Shown here one piece after another: positions 1 through 9,800 of a stretch of 64,000 bases of DNA; positions within the stretch are counted from its first letter, which is position 1; each line of letters opens with the position of its first letter. A program made the position numbers and the translations under genes. This DNA is from Planctomycetota bacterium (lineage in GTDB: Bacteria > Planctomycetota > GCA-002687715 > CAIWVZ01). Where the stretch lies: positions 608,001 to 672,000 of the forward strand of contig JBGANV010000003.1 in the NCBI GenBank assembly GCA_044222185.1. The letters are read 5' to 3'. The notes beneath the pieces were generated by a model that worked only from the letters and a program-made list of their open reading frames with translations, was not told where the DNA came from and searched no databases.

Positions 1-1611
1 CCCGATCACGGCTCGGAGGTGGTCATCGCGCGCGCGGGCAAACGCGCTGTCGTCGCCGGCGTGCCCCTGAGTGAGCTCCATGACGCCACGAATGAAGTGA
101 GCGATCGGGGACTCACCTGGCCGGGATCGCTTCACCAACGCGACGGCCTCCTCGCGGCGCCCCTGCACGACGAGCGCATCGGCGATGAGTGGGTCGAGCG
201 CGGATTCTCCCAGTCTCGCCCAGTTGCGTCGCTCGACCTCGGCGAGGAACGCGTTGTCGCCGCGGCTGACCCTTGCCGTCATCAGGGCCCCGGCAAGCGC
301 CTCCACGTTCTGGGGATCGAGAGCGAGCGCATGCTCGAACGCCGGCGCCGCATCGGCGGCATTCCCTTCCTGGATGTGGAAATAGCCTTCGACCAGCGCG
401 GTCTCGACCGCCTCGCGCCGCCGCGACTCCTCGGCGAGCTGGATGTCGGCGCGGGTGGCGATCGAGTAGGTCACGAGCGACGCGAGTGCGGGCACGGCGA
501 CCAGCAGCGTCCCCGCGAGCGCGGCCTTGACGGGTTCGCGCCGAACCCAGCGCATCAATCGGCCTATCGTCGAGACGGGTCGTACCGAGATGGGACGGTT
601 CTCGAGCACGGCCGCCAGGTCGTTCGCGAAGGCCGCCGCGGTCTGGTATCGACGGATCGGCTCCTTCTCGAGCGCGGCCTGGAGGACGACGGACAAGTCG
701 GCGGATGCACTCATGCACCGCTTGCGGATGTCCGGCGGGTCCGACCTCGTGACGGACTGGAAGAGCATCTCGCGTGTCGCGCCTTCGAAGGGACGCACCC
801 CGGTCAGGCACTCGTACAGAGTGACGCCCAGCGACCAGACGTCCGTGCGTCCGTCGACGCTTCCCGTTTGGCCCTGCATCTGCTCCGGTGACATGTAGGC
901 GGGGGTGCCGAACACGTCGCCGGTCTGGGTCAATGCATCGATCTCCGAGTCGCAGTCGCGCGCAAGCCCGAAGTCGAGGATCACGGGCTCGTCGTTCGCC
1001 GTGATCATGATGTTGCCGGGCTTGACGTCGCGGTGGATGATCCCGTGCTCGTGCGCGGCGTGGAGCGCGCGCGCCGCGCGCTCGATGATCCTCGTGATCC
1101 GACGGATGCGGTCCCCACTCGATGGCCGCCCCTCCGGACGTGGAGGCGCGGCGGCCGTGCTGGGATCTCCGGACGGCGGCATGAGCTCCGTGCGGGCGTC
1201 GTCGTCCTTCGCCGCGAGGCCCGGTTCATAGGCCGTCGAGACGCCCTCGCCGGTCGCGCCCAGGTCACGCACCAGTCTCAGGAGCGTGGATCCCTCCACG
1301 TACCGCATGGCGATGTAGGGCACCCCGTCCGCGGTCCCCGTGTCGTACACGGTGCAGATGCCGGGGTGATCGAGTTTCGACGCGGCGATGGCCTCGCGCT
1401 GAAATCGCTGAAGCACGGCGGGCGAGACCGCGCCGAGGCCCGTGAGGATCTTCAACGCGACGAGGCGGTGCAAACGCGTGTCCTGGGCGAGGAAGACGAT
1501 GCCCTGCCCTCCGCGCCCGATCTCGCGGAGGATCGCGTACGCGCCGATCTGTTTCGGTGTCCGGTCAGACTCGCCCAAGGCATCCCCGATCGTGTGGTCG
1601 GTGGATAACAC
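1..1611 (-). CDS. Ser/Thr protein kinase (3' end runs off the window)
   Basis: Manual minus-strand translation: IGRGGQGIVFLA, VALKIL, IIHRDVKPGNIM, ILDFGLAR, GTPAYMSPEQ, then a hydrophobic segment. GTG start at 1611 is tentative. Absent from the ORF track, presumably because there is no stop inside the window. Confidence 0.9.
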   Translation of the reverse strand, partial: MLSTDHTIGDALGESDRTPKQIGAYAILREIGRGGQGIVFLAQDTRLHRLVALKILTGLGAVSPAVLQRFQREAIAASKLDHPGICTVYDTGTADGVPYIAMRYVEGSTLLRLVRDLGATGEGVSTAYEPGLAAKDDDARTELMPPSGDPSTAAAPPRPEGRPSSGDRIRRITRIIERAARALHAAHEHGIIHRDVKPGNIMITANDEPVILDFGLARDCDSEIDALTQTGDVFGTPAYMSPEQMQGQTGSVDGRTDVWSLGVTLYECLTGVRPFEGATREMLFQSVTRSDPPDIRKRCMSASADLSVVLQAALEKEPIRRYQTAAAFANDLAAVLENRPISVRPVSTIGRLMRWVRREPVKAALAGTLLVAVPALASLVTYSIATRADIQLAEESRRREAVETALVEGYFHIQEGNAADAAPAFEHALALDPQNVEALAGALMTARVSRGDNAFLAEVERRNWARLGESALDPLIADALVVQGRREEAVALVKRSRPGESPIAHFIRGVMELTQGHAGDDSAFARARDDHLRAVIG

Positions 1612-1707
1612 ATCCCGGAGCGGCGCGCCCGGACGACGCGCCGCGGGGGTTCGTCACGGCGAGCCGTGCACGTCGCGGGCCGTCGTGCGCCCGCGACGCG
1701 GACCGGG

Positions 1708-4700
1708 TCAGAGGCTCGTGTTCACGAACGCCCAGGTGTTGCGGAACCCAACCGGGCTCGACGGATCCAGGTATGACGCCTGGAGAGTGAAGTGGAGTCC
1801 CAGCGGCGGATTCGGATTCGTGAGCCCGGTCAGCACGAACTTGCCGCCAGGCGCCGTGTTCCCCGGCTGGTTCGGCGACGTGACGATGCCGGGCTGCGCC
1901 GGGCCGTAGACGCCGATGCCGTCGAGTACCGGGAAGAGCCCCGGGCTCCCGACCGACAGGACGAGATTCGCCGCCGCGGTCGGCCAGTTGCCGATGGGCG
2001 CCGGCATGCCGGTGTCACCCGACAGGACGAACGCCGCGTTCGGGGCGCAACCCTCCATGTTGAACGAGTACACCACGCCCGGGGGAACGGGGTCCGCCAG
2101 CGGCACGTGGCCGATCGTCCCGTGGTTCGCGCCCGTACCCACGATCACTTCGGAGAAGTTCGACGCCACCGTCGGGAAGTTCTGGACCGAGATCCAGATG
2201 CCGCCGATCGACTGGGTCTGCTGTACCGAGGCTGGCAGGCTCGCCGTCAGAGTGGTTGCATTCACGAACGTGGTCGTCAGCTGGACTCCGTTGGCGAACA
2301 CCTTCGACGTCGCGAGATAGCCGCTGCCGCTCACCGTGAGGGTCGTCGGCGGCGAGGCCAACGTCTTCACGGCGATGGCGACGGGCGTGATCGACGTGAT
2401 GGCCGGCCCGATGATGCCGAGGGGCAACGAAACGGAATTGCCGCCAGCCGGACCCGGGTTGCGCACGAGGATCTGCGCCGTCCCCGCCGTCGCGATGAGC
2501 GAGGCCGGGATCGACGCCGACAACTGCGTCGAGCTGATGAACGTTGTGGTCTGCGGATTGCCATCCCACCGGATCTGGCTCTGCGAGTTGTAGTTGGTCC
2601 CGGTGACGGTGAGGGTGAACGCTGCCGAGCCGGCCGCGACCGACGACGGGCTGATCGACGACAGGGTCGCCGGCGGGTTGTTGATCGTGAACGTGAGCGG
2701 CGCGGACGTGCCGCCGCCCGGAGCCGGATTGAAGATCCGGATGCCTGGCAGCCCGCCGGCCGTGATGTTGCCCGCGGGGACCGTCGCCTGGAGCTGGGTC
2801 GAGCTCACGAACGTCGTCGCGAGGTTCGTCCCGTTCCACGTCACGATGCTCTGCGCGTTGCAGTTCGTGCCGGTCACCGTCAACGTGAACGCCGCGCTGC
2901 CCGCCAGGATCGACGAGGGGCTGAGCCCCGTCAGGGTCGGCACCGGGTTGTTGATGGTGAACGTCAGGTTGGCCGTCGTACCACCGCCTGGTGCCGGGTT
3001 GTTCACCCGCACCGTGGCCGACCCGGCCGTCGCGATGTTCCCAGCCGGAACCGTCGCGGTGAGCTGCGTCGCGCTGACGAACGTCGTCGTCAGGTTGGCG
3101 CCGTTCCACTGCACCCGGCTCTGCGTGTTGAAGTTCGACCCGTTTGCGGTGATCACGAACGCCCCACCTCCGGCGGTCGCCGAAGCCGGGCTGATGCTCG
3201 AGATCGAGGGCGCCGGATTCGTCACGGTGAACGTGAGTCCGGAAGTCGTCCCGCCGCCAGGAGCCGGAGTCGACACGGTCACCGTGTGGGTGCCAGCCGC
3301 CGCCACGAGTGCCGCGGGAATCGACGCCGTCAGCGAGGTCGCGTTCACGAACGTCGTCGCCTGCGCGACGCCGTCCCATTGCACGACGCTCGAAGCCACG
3401 AAGTTCGTCCCCGTGCACGTGAGCGTGAACGCCCCGGATCCCGCGACCGCCGTCGTCGGCGAGATCGTCGACAACGTCGGCACGGGATTGGGCGTCGGTT
3501 CGATGTCGACGGTGAACGAGCCCGAGAGCCCGACGCCGCCGCTGCGCGACACGATGATCGCGTGGGCGCCGGTTCCGAGCGTCCGCGTGGTCGTGGCAGC
3601 ACCGACGACAGACGCGACGTTTGCATTCGCTCGGACGCGCCACGCCGAGTCCGTGCCCGGCTCGAAGAGGAACCAGTCGAGGCCGGCAACGCCCGTGAGC
3701 GTGATGTCGTAGCTGCCTGCCGTCGCGACGTTGAACTGGAAGATCCGGATCGCTTGCCCACTACCCCAGGCCGCGCCGTATGGAGTGCCGATCGTCGGGG
3801 TCACCAACGTCGCCTGATTCAGACTCGCGTTGGCGGTACCGAAGAACCGACTGACCATGCCCAAGGTCGGAGAAACGGCGCCGAGCGTCCCGTTGGCGAC
3901 GACGAAGTCACAAATCGACGAGCCGAATTGGGACTCTGCCGTGGCGATGACCACGTCCCAGTCGCTCGTCGACGTGACGCCGACTGCATTCCACTGGCCC
4001 GAGGTCGGCGCGATCGTGAACGGCTGACACGGGTTCGTGAGCGTCGTCGCGACGGTCGACGGCGAGAGGTTCACGATCGCGGCCGTCGCGCAAAGGTGCA
4101 CGGTATACGGGAGCGTCGTGGCCGCGGGTCCGCCGTCATGGGTGACGACGACGGCGTGCCATCCGGCCCCCAGGCTCACCGTGTTGACGTTCCCGACGAT
4201 CCCTGCCGTGATCGCGCCGGTGCGGTCGTTCCACGGTGCTTGCGATCCCATGAGGACGAAGCCGAGGCTCGTGTCGCCGCTCAACGAGACGTCGTAGGAC
4301 CCGGCGCTCGGAACGTTGAACTGGACGACGTCGACGATCGAGCCGGATGCGAGCGCCGTGTCGAACGGGGTTCCGACCGTCCCCGTCGCCGCGGTGGCGT
4401 GTTCTGCCGTTGCGTTGGACGAGCCCAAGAAGCGGACGATCGCGCCCGACGATGGCGAGATCGCTCCGGCGTGGCCGTCGGCGATGCAGAAGTCGGTCGT
4501 CGACCCGCCGAACCGGGAGTAGCCGGCCCCGATCGCGATGTCCCAGTCCGAAGCGCCGGTGACGGCGACGACGTTGAAGATTCCCGCCGTGGGCGTCAGG
4601 CTGAACCCCTGGCACGCGTTCGTGATGGTCTGCGCGACATTCGCCGCCAAGGCCACCGGCGCCACCGATTGGCACACGCTGAACGTGAATCCGCCCGACG

Positions 4701-6375
4701 TGGCCGCAGGTCCGCCGTTGCGCGTCACGACGAGGCAGTGCCAGCCGGTGCCCAACGTCAGTCCGAGCGTCGGCGCGCCGCCGACTGTGCCGCTCGCGAT
4801 CTGTCCCGCGCTCGACCGCGCTCGCCAGCCATTGTTGGCGCCCGGTGCGTGGAACTGCCATGTCAGGCTCGTATCGCCGTCGAGCGCGATGTCGTAGGCA
4901 CCAGCCGACGTGATGTTGAACTGGTAGACCTCGATGATTTCCGTGCTCCCGAAGAAGCCGACGTTCTGCACGCCAGTCGACGAGGTCGTCGCGACCTGGA
5001 ACTCGGCCGTGGCGTTGGGGCCACCGGAGAACAGGTACACCTCGCCACCCGTCGGCGCGACCGACCCGAGGTTGCCGTTCGCGAGCACGTAGTCGCAGGC
5101 GGTCCCGCCGAACGTCGAGAAGACCGATTCCACGTGCAGGTCCCAGTCCGAAGCGGAGGACGCCGCGAGGACCACCCAATCGCTCGACGCGGTCGTCGTG
5201 TTGACGTATCGCGGCGAGCACGTGATCGTCGCCGGCGAGCCGTTCGAGAGCGACGTGCTTCCGCAGACGCCTGTGTTGGTGATGGCGTTCTGCAACCCGC
5301 CGTTCAGGATGCTCGTGCCGGAATTGCTTCCGCTCGACGAGCCGCAGCCGGCGTTCGTGTGAATCCCGATGGCGAGGCCGTTCGAGTCGTCGATGACCGG
5401 CGCGCCGGAGTCACCGCCCTCGGTGTCGACCTGGTACGTCAGCATGGTGCCGCTGGCGCCGGTGTATGGCCCCACGGCAGTCTGTTGAACGAAGTTGCGG
5501 ATGCCCGAATCCGCCCCGCAGCCGGTCACGCGGAGCGTGGGAATGATGAACGGCGGCAGGTAGAGGGGAAGGCTCCCGGCGAGGCTGAAGCTCGCGCCAC
5601 CCATGTGCTGGAGCGCCGTTTGACCCGTCGAGTTCGGGTGCAAGCGCATGGCAGCGTAATCGTCGCCGATGGCGTTCTGAACGGCGATGATCGACTGCTG
5701 ATCCACCGGGAACTGGTCGGCGACCGGCGGGTTGATGATCGATCCACCCGTAGTCGAGAGAGGCACGTTGAACTGCGCGGTGATCAGCGCGGACGTGTTG
5801 GCCGGAATGCCGCAGTGGCCGGCACTCAGCAGCATGTTCTGGCCGTTGATGAGCCAGCCGGTGCAGACGAATCCGTTGCCGAGGAGCCGGCAAACCCTCG
5901 AATCGGACGAGAGCACGCGATCGTCCGTCGTGCCGCACTGGGAGTCGACGCCGACCGGCGGCGCGATCGTCGTTTGATAGATGAACGCGGAGCCGACGGT
6001 CACCTGCCCGGAGGACTTGGGCGAGAGCCTCAGCTCGATGAGGACCGCGCTGCCGTTGAACCAGGCCGAGTGGTTGCGCCAGTGCTTCATCACCACCGGG
6101 TTCAGCACCTGCACCTGGTTGTCCGTGAGGCTCGTGACGACGACGGCGTCATCCTCGCGAGCGAGGTCCGCCACGTCGAACACGAGCTGCATGCAGCCCG
6201 CCGTGGGAATCGTCAGTACCTGGCTCCAGACGATCTGGGGCTGAGTCGTGGGGTTAGACGCGATGCCGCTGGCCAGCTCGGCCGACACCTGCGTCATGAT
6301 CTGTGGATTGACTTGAGCTGCGCTCACGACGGAAAGCGTGAGTGCCACGGCCACGACGGCGAGGCTCCTGGACAT
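1708..6375 (-). CDS. Large secreted trypsin-like serine protease with beta-rich repeats and IPT/TIG domains (paralogue 1)
   Basis: Signal peptide MSRSLAVVAVAL after an AGGAG RBS. Catalytic triad motifs SAGHC, GDDYA, GGDSGAP. Repeated 'P-x-L-x-x-I-S-P...FTLTVTGTNF...WNG...TTFVSATQLTA' TIG units. Confidence 0.85.
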   Translation of the reverse strand: MSRSLAVVAVALTLSVVSAAQVNPQIMTQVSAELASGIASNPTTQPQIVWSQVLTIPTAGCMQLVFDVADLAREDDAVVVTSLTDNQVQVLNPVVMKHWRNHSAWFNGSAVLIELRLSPKSSGQVTVGSAFIYQTTIAPPVGVDSQCGTTDDRVLSSDSRVCRLLGNGFVCTGWLINGQNMLLSAGHCGIPANTSALITAQFNVPLSTTGGSIINPPVADQFPVDQQSIIAVQNAIGDDYAAMRLHPNSTGQTALQHMGGASFSLAGSLPLYLPPFIIPTLRVTGCGADSGIRNFVQQTAVGPYTGASGTMLTYQVDTEGGDSGAPVIDDSNGLAIGIHTNAGCGSSSGSNSGTSILNGGLQNAITNTGVCGSTSLSNGSPATITCSPRYVNTTTASSDWVVLAASSASDWDLHVESVFSTFGGTACDYVLANGNLGSVAPTGGEVYLFSGGPNATAEFQVATTSSTGVQNVGFFGSTEIIEVYQFNITSAGAYDIALDGDTSLTWQFHAPGANNGWRARSSAGQIASGTVGGAPTLGLTLGTGWHCLVVTRNGGPAATSGGFTFSVCQSVAPVALAANVAQTITNACQGFSLTPTAGIFNVVAVTGASDWDIAIGAGYSRFGGSTTDFCIADGHAGAISPSSGAIVRFLGSSNATAEHATAATGTVGTPFDTALASGSIVDVVQFNVPSAGSYDVSLSGDTSLGFVLMGSQAPWNDRTGAITAGIVGNVNTVSLGAGWHAVVVTHDGGPAATTLPYTVHLCATAAIVNLSPSTVATTLTNPCQPFTIAPTSGQWNAVGVTSTSDWDVVIATAESQFGSSICDFVVANGTLGAVSPTLGMVSRFFGTANASLNQATLVTPTIGTPYGAAWGSGQAIRIFQFNVATAGSYDITLTGVAGLDWFLFEPGTDSAWRVRANANVASVVGAATTTRTLGTGAHAIIVSRSGGVGLSGSFTVDIEPTPNPVPTLSTISPTTAVAGSGAFTLTCTGTNFVASSVVQWDGVAQATTFVNATSLTASIPAALVAAAGTHTVTVSTPAPGGGTTSGLTFTVTNPAPSISSISPASATAGGGAFVITANGSNFNTQSRVQWNGANLTTTFVSATQLTATVPAGNIATAGSATVRVNNPAPGGGTTANLTFTINNPVPTLTGLSPSSILAGSAAFTLTVTGTNCNAQSIVTWNGTNLATTFVSSTQLQATVPAGNITAGGLPGIRIFNPAPGGGTSAPLTFTINNPPATLSSISPSSVAAGSAAFTLTVTGTNYNSQSQIRWDGNPQTTTFISSTQLSASIPASLIATAGTAQILVRNPGPAGGNSVSLPLGIIGPAITSITPVAIAVKTLASPPTTLTVSGSGYLATSKVFANGVQLTTTFVNATTLTASLPASVQQTQSIGGIWISVQNFPTVASNFSEVIVGTGANHGTIGHVPLADPVPPGVVYSFNMEGCAPNAAFVLSGDTGMPAPIGNWPTAAANLVLSVGSPGLFPVLDGIGVYGPAQPGIVTSPNQPGNTAPGGKFVLTGLTNPNPPLGLHFTLQASYLDPSSPVGFRNTWAFVNTSL

Positions 6376-6822
6376 GCGATCACTCCTTGAAACGGTTGCG
6401 GTGACGGCGGGCGGCTCGAGGGGGAGCCCGCACGGGTATCGAAGACTCTCGATGCGAGTGCCGAGGATCCGGCAGCGCACGGCGACGGTTGGCACGCCGA
6501 AGTGCCCCGCATCGAAGGCCAGGAGCGTACCGCTGATGCGGCCGGGCGTGAATGGGGGCGAAGAAACCTGACGGGATCGTGGCGCCGAGGGCCACATCCC
6601 GGTCTGATCACCGTCAGCACGTGCTTGCTCAGGCACGAACGAGCGCGGCGCGGACGGCGTGCGAGGGATCGCCTCGGTCGATCGCGGAGACCGTCAATTT
6701 CAGAAAAGACGACGGGGCCGAGCCGCGGTCCGGCCCGACCCCGTTTCACGCGAACGCGCGCGCTCTCGCACGCACCCCACCGCGCCGCACCGTCAGCACG
6801 GCGCGGCGCATCACACGGAGCC

Positions 6823-9800
6823 TCAGATGCTCGTGTTCACGAAAGCCCAGGTGTTGCGGAACCCGACCGGGCTCGCGGGATCGAGGTAGGACGCCTGGAG
6901 CGTGAAATGGAGTCCGAGAGGCGGGTTTGGATTCGTGATCCCTGGCAGGACGAACCGCCCGCCCGGCGCCGTGTTGCCCGGCTGCGCGGGGCCGATCACG
7001 ATCCCCGGCTGCGCCGGGCCATAGACTCCGATGCCGTCCAGAACCGGGAACAACCCAGGGCTGCCGACCGAGAGCACCATGTCGGCCGCTGGAGTGGGCC
7101 ATGCACCGATGGGCGCCGGCATTCCCGTGTCGCCGGAGAGCACGAACGGCGCGTTCGGAACGCAGCCCTCGATGTTCAGCGAATAGACGACGCCGGGCGC
7201 GACCGGGTCCGGAAGCGGCACGTGACCGATCGTCCCGTGGTTCGCTCCGCTCCCCACGATCACCTCGCCGAAGTTCGACGCGACGGTCGTGGCGTTGCGG
7301 ACCGAGATCCAGATCCCGCCGAGCGACCGCGTCTGCTGAACCGTCGCCGGAAGCGAGGCCGTCAGCAGCGTGCTGCTCAGGAAGGTCGTCGTGAGTGCGA
7401 CGCCATTCCCGAACACCGTCGAGGTCGGCAGGAAGTTGCTCCCGTTCACCGTCAAGGTGGACGCCGGGGACGCGAGCGTCTTGATCGCGATCACCGCGGG
7501 CGTGACCGACGTGATCGCAGGCCCGACCATGCTGAAGGTCAGGGTCGCGGAATTCCCGCCGCCGGGGGTGGGATTGCGCACCTGGACGCTGGCCGTTCCG
7601 ACCGCCGAGATCAGCGCCGCGCTGATGGACGCGGTGAGCTGCGTCGCCGACACGAACGTCGTCGCCTGCGGCGCACCGTTCCAGCGCACTTCGCTCTGGG
7701 CGTTGAAGCTCGATCCCGTCACGGTGAGCGTGAACGCCCCCGTGCCGGCAAGCGCCGACGCCGGATTCATGGAGCCCAGCACCGGGACGGGGTTGTTGAC
7801 CGTGAAGGTCAACGCAGCCGTGGTGCCGCCACCCGGTGTGGGATTGACGACTCGCACGGATGCCGATCCGCCGGCGACGATGTTCGCCGCGGGGACGGTC
7901 GCCTGGAGCTGCGTCGCACTCACGAACGCGGTCCCAAGGCTCGCCCCGTTCCACGTCACCGCGCTCTGCGCGTTGAAGTTCGTGCCGTTCACCGTGAGCG
8001 TGAACGATGCGCCTCCCGCGATCACGGATGAGGGGCTCAGCGAGGTCGCCGTGGGCACCGGGTTGTTGATCGTGAACGTCAAGTTCCCCGTGGTGCCACC
8101 ACCCGGTGCAGGGTTGTTCACCGAGATCGTCGCGGTTCCCGCGGCGACGATGTTGACCGCCGGGACGCTCGCCGTGAGCTGGCCCGCGTTCACCAACGTC
8201 GTCGTCAGGTTCACCCCGTTCCAGCGCACGCGGCTCTGGGAATTGAAGTTCGACCCGTTGACCGTCAGCACGAAGGCCGCGCCACCCGCAGTCGCGGTCG
8301 CAGGCGCCATGGACGCGATCGTCGGCGCCGGGTTCGTCACCGTGAACGTCACGCCGCCCGACGTTCCGCCACCGGGCGCCGGTGTGAACACGGTCACGGT
8401 GTGGGTGCCCGCTGCGGCGACGAGCGCCGCCGGGATCGACGCCGTCAGCGACGTCGAGCTGCCGAACGTCGTCGACTGCGCGACGCCGTCCCATTGCACG
8501 ACGCTCGCGGCGAACCCGTTCGACACGAAGTTCGTGCCCGTGCACGTCAGGGTGACGGCTCCCCCACCCGCCACGACCGTCGTCGGGCTGATGGATGCGA
8601 GCGTGGGGACCGGGCTCGGGGTCTGGCTCACGAGCACCGAGTACGCGCCGCTGATGCCGACGCCGCCGCTACGGGCGACGACGATCGCGTGCCATCCGAG
8701 CCCCAGGTTGCGCGTCAGCACGCCGCCACCCGTCGCCGACGCGAGGTTGGAGTTGGCGCGCGTTCGCCACGCGGACGAAGCGCCCGGCTCGAAGAGATCC
8801 CAATCGAGGCCCGCGAGGCCGGTCAGCGTGAAGTCGTAATCACCCGCCGTCGTGACGTTGAACTCGAAGATGCGGAGGACCTGGCTCGCCCCCCACGAAG
8901 TCGCGAACGTGGAACCGATCGACAAGGTCGACGTCGTGGCCTGGTTGACCGTCGCGCCGGTCACGCCGTTGAATCTCACGATCGTGCCGGCCGTGGGCGA
9001 GATCACACCCAGGTGACCATTCGCGAGGACGTAGTCGGCGGTGGTACCACCGAACTGGGACTCGGCCGTACCGACGAGGACGTCCCAGTCGGATCCCGCG
9101 GATGAGATCCCGACCGCGTTCCATGTCGATGCCTGGGGCGCGAGCGTGAACGGCACGCAGGCATTCGTCACAGCCGTCCCGGTGCTCGATGGAGTCAGCG
9201 CGATGACCGACGCCGTGGGGCACAGGTTCACGGTGAAGTTCAGGAGGGTCGTGGCGGGACCACCAGAGTGGATGATCACCATGAGCCAGATCCCGGCCGA
9301 CAGGGTCACCGTCTGCGTCGAGCCGAAGCCCACCGTCCCGGTGGCGGCGTAGTTCGCCAGCGGAATCCAATCGGCCGTCGTGCCGGGAGCCATCAACATC
9401 CACTGCAGCTCCGTCGGGCCGGTGACGTTCACGTCGTACTGGCCGCTCGACGGGACGTTGTACTCGATGGCTCGGACGACCTGGTTCGCACCAAACGTCG
9501 TATCGAACGTGGCGCCCACGGTCCCGGTCGACGTCGCGGCGACGTGCTCACCGGACGCGGTGCCGGACGCGGAATAGCGCATGAACGTTCCCTGGGTCGG
9601 CGTGATGGCGCCGTTGTGGCCGTTCGAGGCGCAGAAGTCGACGGTCCCGCCGGAGAACGCGAGCCCCGACCCCAAGAAGACGTCCCAGTCGCTATTGCCG
9701 CTGACGGCCACGACATTCCACAGGCCGGCAGTCGGCGTCGTCGAGAACGTCGCACACGCTGCAGGGATCGACTGGGTCACACCGGGTGTGAGCGCGATCG

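Noticed and set aside
1792-6390. 1532-aa plus-strand ORF and many other long Arg/Gly-rich overlapping ORFs
   Set aside because: Shadow frames of high-GC genes, with low-complexity translation and no motifs.
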